The position numbers and the translations under genes are program-made. Below, piece by piece: positions 32,663 to 42,578 of a stretch of 64,000 nucleotides of DNA (positions are counted from its first letter, which is position 1; every line of letters begins with the position of its first letter). The notes beneath the pieces are model-generated. The model searched no databases. It was not told the DNA's origin and saw nothing but the letters and a program-made list of their open reading frames with translations. The DNA comes from Calditrichia bacterium (lineage in GTDB: Bacteria > Calditrichota > Calditrichia > JAJRVZ01), in NCBI GenBank assembly GCA_963796965.1, contig CAWCNS010000011.1:480001-544000 (forward strand), written 5' to 3'.

Positions 32663-33706
32663 ATGAAACAGTCCAAATTATTTACTAGCATAGTTTTCGT
32701 AGTCTTAATGCTCGGTTTAACCAGTTGTTATACACAATTGGGTTATGTTACCAAGGAGCAGGCCTACGAGGAATACCAGGATAATCCTGAGTTGTATGAG
32801 GAGGCCATCGAAGAGTACGAAGCTAACCATGTAATCGTACAGCGGCATATTTACGTTCCTTCTGTTTATCATCCGACCTACGTCTATTTTGATCCTTATG
32901 ACGCATGGTATTATGAGCCAGGTTTCCATTTTACAATTGGATACTACACCGGACCGGCCTATATCTATTCAGGTGCTTATTTTTGTTATCCACCGGTTCA
33001 CTATCCCCATTATTATCCACCATACCATTATCCCTATCCAGTCTATGGGCATCCAGTTTGGGTCGGAGGTGGACATTACGGGCCACGTTACGGATATAAT
33101 CCTCCAGTGATGAAGCGTAGAGGGTTTGCCCGTCGCGGGGATCGTGTTCTCGCTGGCAGTAGCGAACCACTTAAACGACGTGGATCAGGCAATTCCGGTC
33201 AATTGACACGCCGAACCAATACAAATGCCCCTTCAAGTGGAAATACCGATGACGGTCGCAGACGGATAGATAAACGTCGTACAACATATTTTGGACCTGA
33301 CAACACATATTATACTCGTAACAGGAGTGAAAAACGCACAAAATCAACCTATACAAAAAAATCAACCAATGAAGAACGCCGAAATACCAATTCAAGGAAT
33401 CGGAAAACTTATACGTCCAATGGATCAAAAAAATCAAACTCCAGTTACAAAAAACCGACATCTAAACGTTCGGGTGAATCTTCAAAAAAGCGCGTCTCAC
33501 GCTCTTCAACCAAAAAGTCTACACCTACTGTATCGCCAAGTCGTTCATCGGGAAATACGCGCTCAAGATCAACACGAAGCAGTGGAACAAGTGTCCGTAG
33601 TTCTGGAGGATCCTCCAAATCAAGCTCAGGTGGAGGATCGCGGTCAAGTTCCGGTGGCAGTAGTCGTTCAAGTTCCAGCAGCTCAGGCAAATCGAGAAGG
33701 CGTTAA
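32663..33706 (+). CDS. Lipoprotein with Tyr/Pro/His-rich core and long Ser/Arg/Lys-rich disordered tail
   Basis: Lipobox LTSC; strong AGAGGAGAGGTG RBS; low-complexity composition. Confidence 0.85.
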   Translation: MKQSKLFTSIVFVVLMLGLTSCYTQLGYVTKEQAYEEYQDNPELYEEAIEEYEANHVIVQRHIYVPSVYHPTYVYFDPYDAWYYEPGFHFTIGYYTGPAYIYSGAYFCYPPVHYPHYYPPYHYPYPVYGHPVWVGGGHYGPRYGYNPPVMKRRGFARRGDRVLAGSSEPLKRRGSGNSGQLTRRTNTNAPSSGNTDDGRRRIDKRRTTYFGPDNTYYTRNRSEKRTKSTYTKKSTNEERRNTNSRNRKTYTSNGSKKSNSSYKKPTSKRSGESSKKRVSRSSTKKSTPTVSPSRSSGNTRSRSTRSSGTSVRSSGGSSKSSSGGGSRSSSGGSSRSSSSSSGKSRRR

Positions 33707-33754
33707 TGTGTATTATCTTTCAAAGCATCTGATAGATAAAAGAGGAGGGATAAA

Positions 33755-35131
33755 ATGAAAAATCTAATAAAAAACATAATCATCGTCGTAATACTAACCG
33801 GACTAACATCTGCCCAAACACCTCAGGAAGCAGTAAACTTTATGTATGATGAGGAAGGGGTTGGTATAAAAGCACAGTCCATGGGAAATGCCTTTGTTGG
33901 TTTGGCAAATGATTATAGCGCCATCTACTGGAATCCTGCAGGATTAACGACTTTAGAACAAAGTGAAATCGCAGGTAGTTTGTATCATCTAAAATTCAAC
34001 AATGAGGCCACCTATGTAGGTAATTCAACTCCGGATAATCGTAATTTTACAAAACTTCATTCTCTGGGATTGGCTTATAAATTCCCCACAACGCAAGGTA
34101 GTTTTGTTTTAGCATTCGGATATAACAGATTTAAGAACTATGATGATTTTCTATACTTCTCTGGTTTCAGTGCTGACAGCATAGATCTGGGATTTGATTT
34201 AGATGATGATGAGGGCAACATGAGCTATTACCCTTACGACCGCAATGTATTGAGGACTCAGGAAATCAGCCAGGATGGAAACTTGGGCGCCTGGTCGATC
34301 GGTGGAGGCATTCAACTTTCTCCTCGCCTGGCTCTCGGTCTGACAATCGATTTTTTCTCAGGAAAAAGCCAGTACCTGATGGATTTCTATCAGGATGATG
34401 TAGATAACAACTACAATCAATACCCGGCGGATTATGACTCTTATGAGTTACATGACCAAATTACGTCCCGCTTTAGTGGTTGGGGCGCCAAGGTAGGTGC
34501 CATGTTTCACCTGACCGAACATTTGAGAGCCGGTGTTACTGTTGATCTTCCACGTTCACTCATTATCCATGAGACCTATTCGACTACAGATGTGCTGTTT
34601 TTTGATGACGGATATGGTGATGAGGCCGAATTGGCTTCTGGTGAGTGGGAATATGTTGTCAAATATCCCTATAAATTCTCAGGTGGTGCATCACTCGATA
34701 TGGGTCCCTTTACTTTTGCCGGATCATTTGAATACCGGGACTGGACACAAACGGAGTTTGAAGTTCCCGACGACCAAATGCTTTCTGAAGATTATCAAAG
34801 CCTGATAGATGACAACAGATTTTTTGCTCAGGAATTCCGCCCAACATTCGGTTACTCCGCCGGTGGCGAATTTCGTCTCCCGGGAACAGGTATTGCCCTA
34901 AGGGGTGGTTATCGTATCCAACCATCACCGATCATTTTTGCCGATGAGATATTAGACCGCGAATATATAAGTGCTGGTATCGGCTATAATTTTGATGGTA
35001 ATACAGTTTTTAACTTCGGCTATACGGTAGGTACCTGGAAAAAGTTTAGTTATGATTCCTATACCCCATCCGGAACCTCCGAAAATATTAAGTCGGAGCG
35101 CTTCATGGCTGGTATAACTTTCCGGATTTAA
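33755..35131 (+). CDS. OmpP1/FadL/PorV-like outer-membrane beta-barrel
   Basis: Signal peptide; SMGNAFVGLANDYSAIYWNPAGL N-terminal motif; amphipathic strands; C-terminal AGITFRI. Confidence 0.85.
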   Translation: MKNLIKNIIIVVILTGLTSAQTPQEAVNFMYDEEGVGIKAQSMGNAFVGLANDYSAIYWNPAGLTTLEQSEIAGSLYHLKFNNEATYVGNSTPDNRNFTKLHSLGLAYKFPTTQGSFVLAFGYNRFKNYDDFLYFSGFSADSIDLGFDLDDDEGNMSYYPYDRNVLRTQEISQDGNLGAWSIGGGIQLSPRLALGLTIDFFSGKSQYLMDFYQDDVDNNYNQYPADYDSYELHDQITSRFSGWGAKVGAMFHLTEHLRAGVTVDLPRSLIIHETYSTTDVLFFDDGYGDEAELASGEWEYVVKYPYKFSGGASLDMGPFTFAGSFEYRDWTQTEFEVPDDQMLSEDYQSLIDDNRFFAQEFRPTFGYSAGGEFRLPGTGIALRGGYRIQPSPIIFADEILDREYISAGIGYNFDGNTVFNFGYTVGTWKKFSYDSYTPSGTSENIKSERFMAGITFRI

Positions 35132-35172
35132 CAGTGGATAGAATGAAGTTATTAAAGAATAAGCAGATATAC

Positions 35173-35204
35173 CTGAAGATACGCGATTAATCGCGTATCT
35201 TCAG
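35173..35204. repeat. Perfect 32-bp palindrome (REP-like)
   Basis: CTGAAGATACGCGATT/AATCGCGTATCTTCAG, zero-nt loop. Confidence 0.9.
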
Positions 35205-35338
35205 AAACTTAATAGATTAGGAAACTAAAAAGTAATTGACACTTTATCATTCAAAACGAGGCTAGTAAAATGTATCACGGGACATCTTCTCGATATCCCA
35301 TCCTCCTTCACCCCCCCACCACCCACCCATAGGTCCAG

Positions 35339-35378
35339 AGAGCATCCGGCCGGTGCGCGTGCCGGATGCTCTTTTCTT
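35339..35378 (+). terminator. Rho-independent terminator
   Basis: AGAGCATCCGGC-10 nt-GCCGGATGCTCT followed by TTTCTT. Confidence 0.7.
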
Positions 35379-35456
35379 AATACATCACTTTCCCTTTGCC
35401 AACCTATCGTTAATTTTGTACCTTAGACTGTAAGTGCTATTTTATGGGCACATAGT

Positions 35457-35690
35457 ATGTCTTCGCCTCCCTCAAATTTGAAAAGAATCATCTCTTTCGA
35501 CATCGTACTCCTCTTAATTGGAATGGTAGGGATATTTCATATCATATTAAGAACTGGCTTTAATCCCTATAACCAGTTAGAACTGTCATCCTTTAAATCA
35601 GGTGGTATGGATATTTATCTTCTGATAAACCGAAGTACCGTTTATATTACAGTCGTGAGTCTTTTGCTTGGATTTGCATTTAACTTTTAA
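35457..35690 (+). CDS. Small two-TM hypothetical protein
   Basis: 77-aa ORF with two hydrophobic segments, ending 4 nt before the next start. Confidence 0.4.
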   Translation: MSSPPSNLKRIISFDIVLLLIGMVGIFHIILRTGFNPYNQLELSSFKSGGMDIYLLINRSTVYITVVSLLLGFAFNF

Positions 35691-35694
35691 TGAT

Positions 35695-36919
35695 ATGAAA
35701 TTTTTATTAGTTAATATATTACTCATTGCAGTAATAATGCATTCTTCATCTTCTGTTGCAGATGAATATTTTATGGCCAAAGCCGATAATAATCCACCTG
35801 CTTGGGGAGATTTAAAAGAAAGCAATTATCCCTTATCGTCTGAGAGTCAGGATGCAAGTTCTCCTCAAAACCGAGAGGAAAAAGATACTAATAAGCGCGC
35901 TGATGCGGACTCAATTCCTTCAAAAATAGAACCACTTCCCTTTCTCTCATATGATTCGAATACAGGCATAGGATTTGGGGTAAAGGCCTTCTTTTTGAAT
36001 TTACTAAAATTGAAAGAATCATTTGATCTCATTATTTTTATGAGCACTTTAGGAGAAAGATGGATTAGCTTTGTAATATCTGTTCCTGACTTTGAGCTAC
36101 GTCAAGGTACGATATATCCACTTTCCTTAGACGTTCTCCTCGATTATGACAAATGGATAGCCTATAACTATTTTGGTATCGGCAATAATTCAAAATACGA
36201 AAATCGGGAAAACTATACACGCGAGTTAAGAGAAGTGCGGACAACCTTTTCCCGTGGATTTACCCCATCATTTGTCGGTCAGATTGCTCTAAAATATGGT
36301 AGAATCGAAAGCTGGGGATTCGAGTCTGAAGGAGATCTCATTCAACTTCCTCCTACAAAAAACTTTCCTCTGATCGAATATATGTCTGTATATATAAATT
36401 TTAGATATGATAAAAGAGATAGGCTATATTCATCCTACCCATGGCACCGTAATCCAGACTGATTTCGAATGGGCTCCAGGTAAAAGCACTGGAAATATGC
36501 CTTTTAAACGCTGGTCTGTTTGGTTTCAATATTACAAACAAATATTTTTCCCTCAAACAATTTTAGCAATGCGTTTTGGTCTTAAGAATATCACTGGGGA
36601 TGATCTTCCGGTACAAATGTTAATCCCCTTGGGCGGGAATCGAACATTACGTGGCTATTCTATGGGCAGATTTATTGATAAAACGGCCGGTCTACTAAAT
36701 ATAGAGCTGCGTTTGCCGATTTATGGCCGTCTGGGGGGTCTTTTAGGTGCCGATGCCGGACGCGTATGGCATTCACCTGAATACTTAGACCTATCTGATT
36801 GGCATTCCAATCTTGTGGTCGGATTGCGATATTATCTGGATACTTATCTTGTACGGGTTGATTTCGGAATTAGCAAAGAAATGCTGGGAATTTATTTTAA
36901 TTTTAATCATATTTTTTAG
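35695..36919 (+). CDS. Omp85/BamA-TamA-family barrel (no POTRA), +1 frameshift near 36420
   Basis: Signal peptide; PLPFLSYDSNTGIG; LGGNRTLRGY loop-6 motif; C-terminal YFNFNHIF. Confidence 0.82.
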
Positions 36920-37189
36920 TATATTAGCCAGAATTATTCATGTTTTGGTTGATCCAAAGGCCAAATAAATGATGGATCAATGGATATTGAGGGGGAATTG
37001 TTCATTTGGAAACCAATCTGTAGCTAACCAAAATAATTCCAAGATAATAATTATCTGAAAATTAATCATTTTGTTGTATTAGTTTGTCTTGGTCTTGCTT
37101 CATGCCTCCCTGTTAGTTGATTCAAGAACAAAAACACCTAAATTAAACAGATACTAATATTCAAAAGGATAAAGTAAGAGGAGTTATTT

Positions 37190-38404
37190 ATGGCGAGCGC
37201 ATCTGTTCCTATTGCTGAACCAACCGGACGCTATTCGATGAATTGGATTGTAAATAAAAAAGCCGATCTAATCCTATTTATTGGAGGAGCAATAACCGGT
37301 TATCTTATGTTTTTCTTACATGCCGGGTTGCATTTAAACATGCTGATGGTCTGGTTTATTTGGGTGGTTTTGATTGATACACCCCATTTTTATAGCACTT
37401 ACCTGAGAACTTATTTTGATAGGGAAGAATATCAAGCACGGAAGAAATTATTATTAGGCAGCCTTTCCTGGTTACTGGTCGGACCTGCTCTAATAGGTTT
37501 ATCATATTTATTATATCTAGCCGGAATTGGTATTTATATAGCCCCTTTCGTTTTATTTGTAATCTTTTTTAATCTCTGGGCGTATTGGCACGTGGTTCGG
37601 CAACATTATGGAATTCTTGCACTCTATAAAAGGAAAAACAGCGATTTTGGGGATGTTGATACAAAAATTGATAAATATTTACTTTATGGCGGCTTAATTG
37701 CCCCCTTCCTCACCTTTGCCATCAGACATCCGGAGGCGAGAGCTCTTTTTGGTTTAAATCCTGAATTTCCACCCTATCCAACGGCTTCAGTATTTAGCTC
37801 TTCATTTTTTGCACAAATGCACTGGGAGCATGCGCTCGTATATTTATCTGTTACGTTTATGATTGTTATTTTAAGCATTTTTATTGGGCGTCAGGTACAG
37901 TTATGGAAAGCAGGACAGCCCTTGAATATGCCAAAAATATTCTTTTTCACCGCCCTTATCCCGCTTTATGCTTATATCAATTATAGCCCTGCAGTCCTAA
38001 CCGCCCCATTAATTGCTTTTACCGCTTTTGTTACAATTTATCATGATGTACAGTATCATGCGATCGTCTGGTTTTATAGTCAAAACAGATATCATCGTCC
38101 GGGTGTGGATAAAAAGAAATATGGTTTGGCTGTAACTCTGAGTAAAAATTTTGGTATCTATGCGTTAGCTGGTATTGCTATGGCCGCCCTACTTCGCGTT
38201 ACGGGCAGCATCTTTGACGTTACACCCGGACTTGATCCATTAGTGAAAACCAGTCAGATTACATTGTTTGGAGATGTCACACTTTCTGCCTTGTTTCTCA
38301 GTATTGTGATTGGTATTCCTATGCATCATTACTTTGTTGATCAATTTATCTGGCGACCAAGTAAGGATAGAGAACTAAGGGAAGATCTGAAGATTCAGAA
38401 ATAA
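37190..38404 (+). CDS. Polytopic membrane protein with His clusters (candidate membrane metallo-oxygenase)
   Basis: PHFYSTY, WHVVRQHYG, YHDVQYH, MHHYFVD among about 9 TM helices. Confidence 0.75.
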   Translation: MASASVPIAEPTGRYSMNWIVNKKADLILFIGGAITGYLMFFLHAGLHLNMLMVWFIWVVLIDTPHFYSTYLRTYFDREEYQARKKLLLGSLSWLLVGPALIGLSYLLYLAGIGIYIAPFVLFVIFFNLWAYWHVVRQHYGILALYKRKNSDFGDVDTKIDKYLLYGGLIAPFLTFAIRHPEARALFGLNPEFPPYPTASVFSSSFFAQMHWEHALVYLSVTFMIVILSIFIGRQVQLWKAGQPLNMPKIFFFTALIPLYAYINYSPAVLTAPLIAFTAFVTIYHDVQYHAIVWFYSQNRYHRPGVDKKKYGLAVTLSKNFGIYALAGIAMAALLRVTGSIFDVTPGLDPLVKTSQITLFGDVTLSALFLSIVIGIPMHHYFVDQFIWRPSKDRELREDLKIQK

Positions 38405-38427
38405 GTAGCTTCGGGAACATTTCTTGT

Positions 38428-38617
38428 TTACCGCAAAGGCGCGAAGATGGACAAAGAAAACTAATCTCGCGCAGCGTCGCTACGACACAGCGTTTTTTTA
38501 ACAAAAAGACAAAAGAATTGAGAAAAAAGATATGTAATACTCAAGGTTTCTTTTTATTATCTTTTTTCTTTTTTCTTTTTTCTTTTTTTTTAAATATTTT
38601 CGCGTCTCTACGTTAAA
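38428..38617. repeat. Degenerate 8-nt periodic inverted element(s) between convergent genes
   Basis: cgcaaagg cgcgaaga; tctcg cgcagcgt cgctacga cacagcgt; right arm tttcgcgt ctctacgt taaa. Confidence 0.65.
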
Positions 38618-38637
38618 AAGTTCTGATATTTTCTGAA

Positions 38638-39063
38638 TTAATATTCGCTGACCGGATTTATCTCATAGGAATGGGTTATTTCAACGGCTTTTTTCAACAT
38701 CGCCGATACTGAGCAGTATCTATCTTGAGACAAATTTATTGCCTTTTTAATATTTTCTTCTTTTAAATCATTTCCCCAAAACTTGTAAGTCAGATGAATT
38801 TTTGTATAAACTTTAGGATGTTCTTCCGCCACTTCAGCATCAATATCAATCTTAAAATCGGATATATTCTCACGCATTTTATTTAGAATTGAAGTCACAT
38901 CCGCCCCGGTACAACCACCTAATCCTATCAATACCAATTCTTTGGATCTTACAGCAGAATCACTTCCATTAAAATCAGCAGGACCATCCATCGGTATCCA
39001 ATGTCCACTATTTGATCTACCGACAAATGTTAATCCTCTTACCTGTAAAATTTCTGTGCTCAT
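38638..39063 (-). CDS. OsmC/YhfA-family protein
   Basis: GLGGCTGADV, EHPKVYTKI, LSQDRYCSVSAML; start at MSTEIL after GGAG RBS. Confidence 0.9.
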   Translation of the reverse strand: MSTEILQVRGLTFVGRSNSGHWIPMDGPADFNGSDSAVRSKELVLIGLGGCTGADVTSILNKMRENISDFKIDIDAEVAEEHPKVYTKIHLTYKFWGNDLKEENIKKAINLSQDRYCSVSAMLKKAVEITHSYEINPVSEY

Positions 39064-39073
39064 TTGATATCTC

Positions 39074-39235
39074 CTATCTTCCATTCGCGAAAAGAATGCC
39101 AATTACGGCGAAATAAATCGTACTAATTTTTGGATTACAAAGGATGGGACATCCGTATTCAAAACGGGACATATATTTTCCAATCAAAAAACCAACTGCA
39201 GCTCCGGCTATTCCACCTATTATCATTGTAATCAT
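39074..39235 (-). CDS. Small membrane protein, DUF6132-like (below ORF-track cutoff)
   Basis: MITMIIGGIAGAAVGFLIGKYMSRFEYGCPILCNPKISTIYFAVIGILFANGR; CAGGAG RBS. Confidence 0.7.
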   Translation of the reverse strand: MITMIIGGIAGAAVGFLIGKYMSRFEYGCPILCNPKISTIYFAVIGILFANGR

Positions 39236-39394
39236 TTCTTACTCCTGACGCTAAAGCTTTTTATAATTTACTGTGATACTTCTCTCACAAAAACATTTTG
39301 TTGGGGTATTGTGTGTCCTAAGTAATTTCAAGCCCCATTGAGCAACAAAATTCTTATATAAGTAGATGCTTGTTCTCACAAGAAGGGACAATTT

Positions 39395-40471
39395 CTATTC
39401 AAATTGATATATTTTTGTCTCCTCAACACCATTGAGAACCCGTAATGCACCCATCGCAAGAGCTTTCATCTCCTGTTCACCGGGTAGAATAAATACCCTG
39501 CCAATAAACTGAATTCTTTCTTTTACGAGCGATGTAAATTGTGAACTATTTGCTAACCCGCCGGTTAAAACAATCCCATCAACATTGCCATAGACAATCG
39601 TAGCAGCGGCTCCAATTTCTTTGGAAATTTGGTAGGCCATACTCTCATATACCAACTTTGCTTTTTGATCACCTTTGTCAATTTTTTCTTCTACAATTCT
39701 AATATCATGTGTACCTAAATAGGCCACCATCCCCCCATGTCCCTTTACTAACTTTTTCATTTCCTGGAGGGTATATTCACCGGAAAAACAGGCTTTTATC
39801 AAATCCCCGATTGGAACGCCCCCGCTACGCTCCGGACTAAACGGACCATCACCATCTAGACCATTGTTGACATCGACTACCCTACCCTGTGAATGACATC
39901 CAACCGTAATACCTCCACCCATGTGTGCAATAATTAAATTAATTTTTTCATAGGGTTTGTCCAACTGTTTAGCAACATCACGACCAACCGCTTTTTGATT
40001 TAAAGCATGAAAGATACTCTTACGCTCAATCAGAGGCATTCCTGAAATTTTTGCAACTTCATCCATTTCATCGACAACTACCGGATCGACAATATAGGCC
40101 TCACACCCTAATGACTTACTTATCGCATAGGCAATCAATCCACCACAATTAGAAGGGTGATCTCCCATCACCCCTCTTTTTAAGTCAGCAACCATTTGAT
40201 CATTTACAGTATAGGTACCTCCCTGAATCGGTCTGAGCAATCCACCCCTTCCAACCACAGCCTTAATGTTAGTTAAATCAATATTCCGTTCTCTTAAAAT
40301 GCGAATAATGATTTCCATCCGATAAAGATCCTGATCTGATGCTTTATTAAACCGGGCAAGGTCTTCGATCTTATGATGAATATTCTCAGTGAGAATCTCT
40401 TTGATATCACTAAACATGGAAATTTTAGTACTGGTTGAACCCGGATTTATTACAAGAATATTCTTTTGCAT
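39395..40471 (-). CDS. buk: Butyrate / branched-chain fatty acid kinase
   Basis: LVINPGSTSTK, GRGGLL, FHALNQKA, AHMGGGIT, GPFSPERSG. Confidence 0.95.
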   Translation of the reverse strand: MQKNILVINPGSTSTKISMFSDIKEILTENIHHKIEDLARFNKASDQDLYRMEIIIRILRERNIDLTNIKAVVGRGGLLRPIQGGTYTVNDQMVADLKRGVMGDHPSNCGGLIAYAISKSLGCEAYIVDPVVVDEMDEVAKISGMPLIERKSIFHALNQKAVGRDVAKQLDKPYEKINLIIAHMGGGITVGCHSQGRVVDVNNGLDGDGPFSPERSGGVPIGDLIKACFSGEYTLQEMKKLVKGHGGMVAYLGTHDIRIVEEKIDKGDQKAKLVYESMAYQISKEIGAAATIVYGNVDGIVLTGGLANSSQFTSLVKERIQFIGRVFILPGEQEMKALAMGALRVLNGVEETKIYQFE

Positions 40472-40493
40472 ATTGTTTTCCAAAAACCCTCCC

Positions 40494-41398
40494 TTAACTG
40501 GCTTTAAGCGCACATAAAATAGACAGATACTTTGATTCCTCTGAATCTGCCCGCGAGGTCAAAACAATCGGCGCCTTTGGCACCGACAACGATTCCGGCG
40601 ACTTTTGCGTTACCCGATGATTGTCAATAACTTATAAAATACATTTCCAGTTTCAATATTCGGAACAATGCAAAGATCCGCATCACCACCCACCGGAGTT
40701 TTTAACCCTTTCACTTCGCATGATTGGAAAGACAACGCATTGTCTAGTGCTAAGGGACCATCAATGATGGCGTTTTTTATTTGTCCCCGATCGCCCATTT
40801 TAGCCAATATGGCCGCATCAGCAGTGGAGGGAATCTGTTCAGCATTTACTTTTTCAATGGCCGATATAATTGCCACTTTGGGTTTTTCATAGCCTAGATT
40901 TATCATGGCCTCAATGCATTTTCAGTAATCTGTACTTTGTCATGAATTGTTGGGGCTATATTCATTGCACCATCAGACATCATGAAAAGTTTATGATAGT
41001 TTGGACTTTCAAAGATGCCAAGATGGAGATAATATCTTCCCTGACCTCAATCCATTTTCTTTATCAAGTACTCCTTTAAAAAAATAGCTGTTGAGCATAA
41101 TCCTTTCATCAGGACCTGGGCATCGCCATTTTTTACAAAAGAGACAGCCATTCGATACAGAATTTTCTTCTCCCTTTGGGTGGGAACAATTTCATAGATT
41201 CTGAGAGTCAAGAGTACTTGCTCTAATAACAATGAATTTTTCTTTTCCATTCCCGGTTAAGACCGCCTGCGTAAATCCTTTTTTTCTGGCCTTTTCCAGG
41301 GCATTCAAATACCAGCATCTTCTGCCAGGGCCACGGCAATTTTCCGCGGCTTATCACTTCTCATCTTTTTCTTCAAGTGCTTTGAAATTTGATAGCAT
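40494..41398 (-). CDS. ptb: Phosphate butyryltransferase, several frameshifts
   Basis: Fragments: VLMKGL, PKVAIISAIEKVN, DGPLALDNALS, VPNIETGNVFYK, LSSRADSE-like C-terminus; lies between ldh and buk. Confidence 0.85.
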
Positions 41399-41472
41399 TC
41401 TATATTCCTTTATCGATCTATATTAAAACTCTATGTAGCAAATATACAGTCGCATCGCTATAATCCACCACA

Positions 41473-42548
41473 TCACTTCCTTAAATAGTTCTGATGGACA
41501 TTCCTGATCAAATTCAGTCTTTTTTCGGCCAATCTTGCAGCTGCCTTTGCTGTTGTAATATCTTCTTTATCTGCAATATGATAAACCTCCATGAGAATAT
41601 TATAGATATTTTTCACCTTCTGGGTTACCCTTTCCCGTTATATTCATTAATTACTTCAAAAAATACATTTATAACCCCACCAGCATTAATCAGATAATCA
41701 GGAGCATAAAGAATATTTTTGTCTTTTAACTTTTGACCGTGAATTTTTTCATCGAGCAGTTGATTATTTGCACCACCTGCAATGATCTTAAATTTCATTC
41801 TTGGTATTGTATCATCATTTACTATAGCGCCCAGAGCACAGGGAGAAAAAACATCCGCCTCAACATCATAAATTTTATCTCCCCCCACTGAGGTTGCCCC
41901 AAAATCATCTACGATTTTATCCACCTGCTCTTCAAAGATATCACTAATAATTAATTCTGCACCTGCATCATGCAGCATTTCACACAAGTAATATCCAACA
42001 TGCCCGGCACCCTGAACAGCGACCCGTATACCTTTAAGATCCTTACGTTTGAGTTGGTATTTCACACTGGCCCGGATGCCTTCAAAAGTTCCAAGAGCAG
42101 TAAATGGTGAAGGATCACCACTACCTCCGAACTGTTCAGGAAGCCCTGCCACAAAGTCCGTTTCCATGTTGATATATTCCATATCCTCAACTGATGTTCC
42201 CACATCTTCAGCCGTAATATACCGGCCACCCAGACTTTGAACAAATCGTCCAAAAGCTCTAAATAGTGCTTCACTTTTATCCTTATTCGGATCGCCAATA
42301 ATGACGGCTTTACCCCCACCCAAATTTAATCCGGCTGCAGCATTTTTATAGGTCATTCCCTTTGATAGTCGTACAGCATCAGCAATTGCCTCTTCTTCTG
42401 ATTCAAAAGGCCACATACGGCATCCACCTAATGCAGGTCCAAAAATAGTATTATGAATAGCAATGACTGCATTTAATCCCGTCGCCTGTTCATGACACAA
42501 CACAATTTGTTCATGTCCATATTTTGAAATTGTTTCAAATATTTTCAT
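41473..42548 (-). CDS. ldh: Leucine (Glu/Leu/Phe/Val) dehydrogenase, frameshift near C-terminus
   Basis: GPALGGCRM, GMTYKNAAAGLNLGGGK, YITAEDVG, QGAGHVG, GGANNQL, PDYLINAGG. Confidence 0.92.
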
Positions 42549-42578
42549 TTCTATCCTCCATTAGAAAAAAAGGACAAA

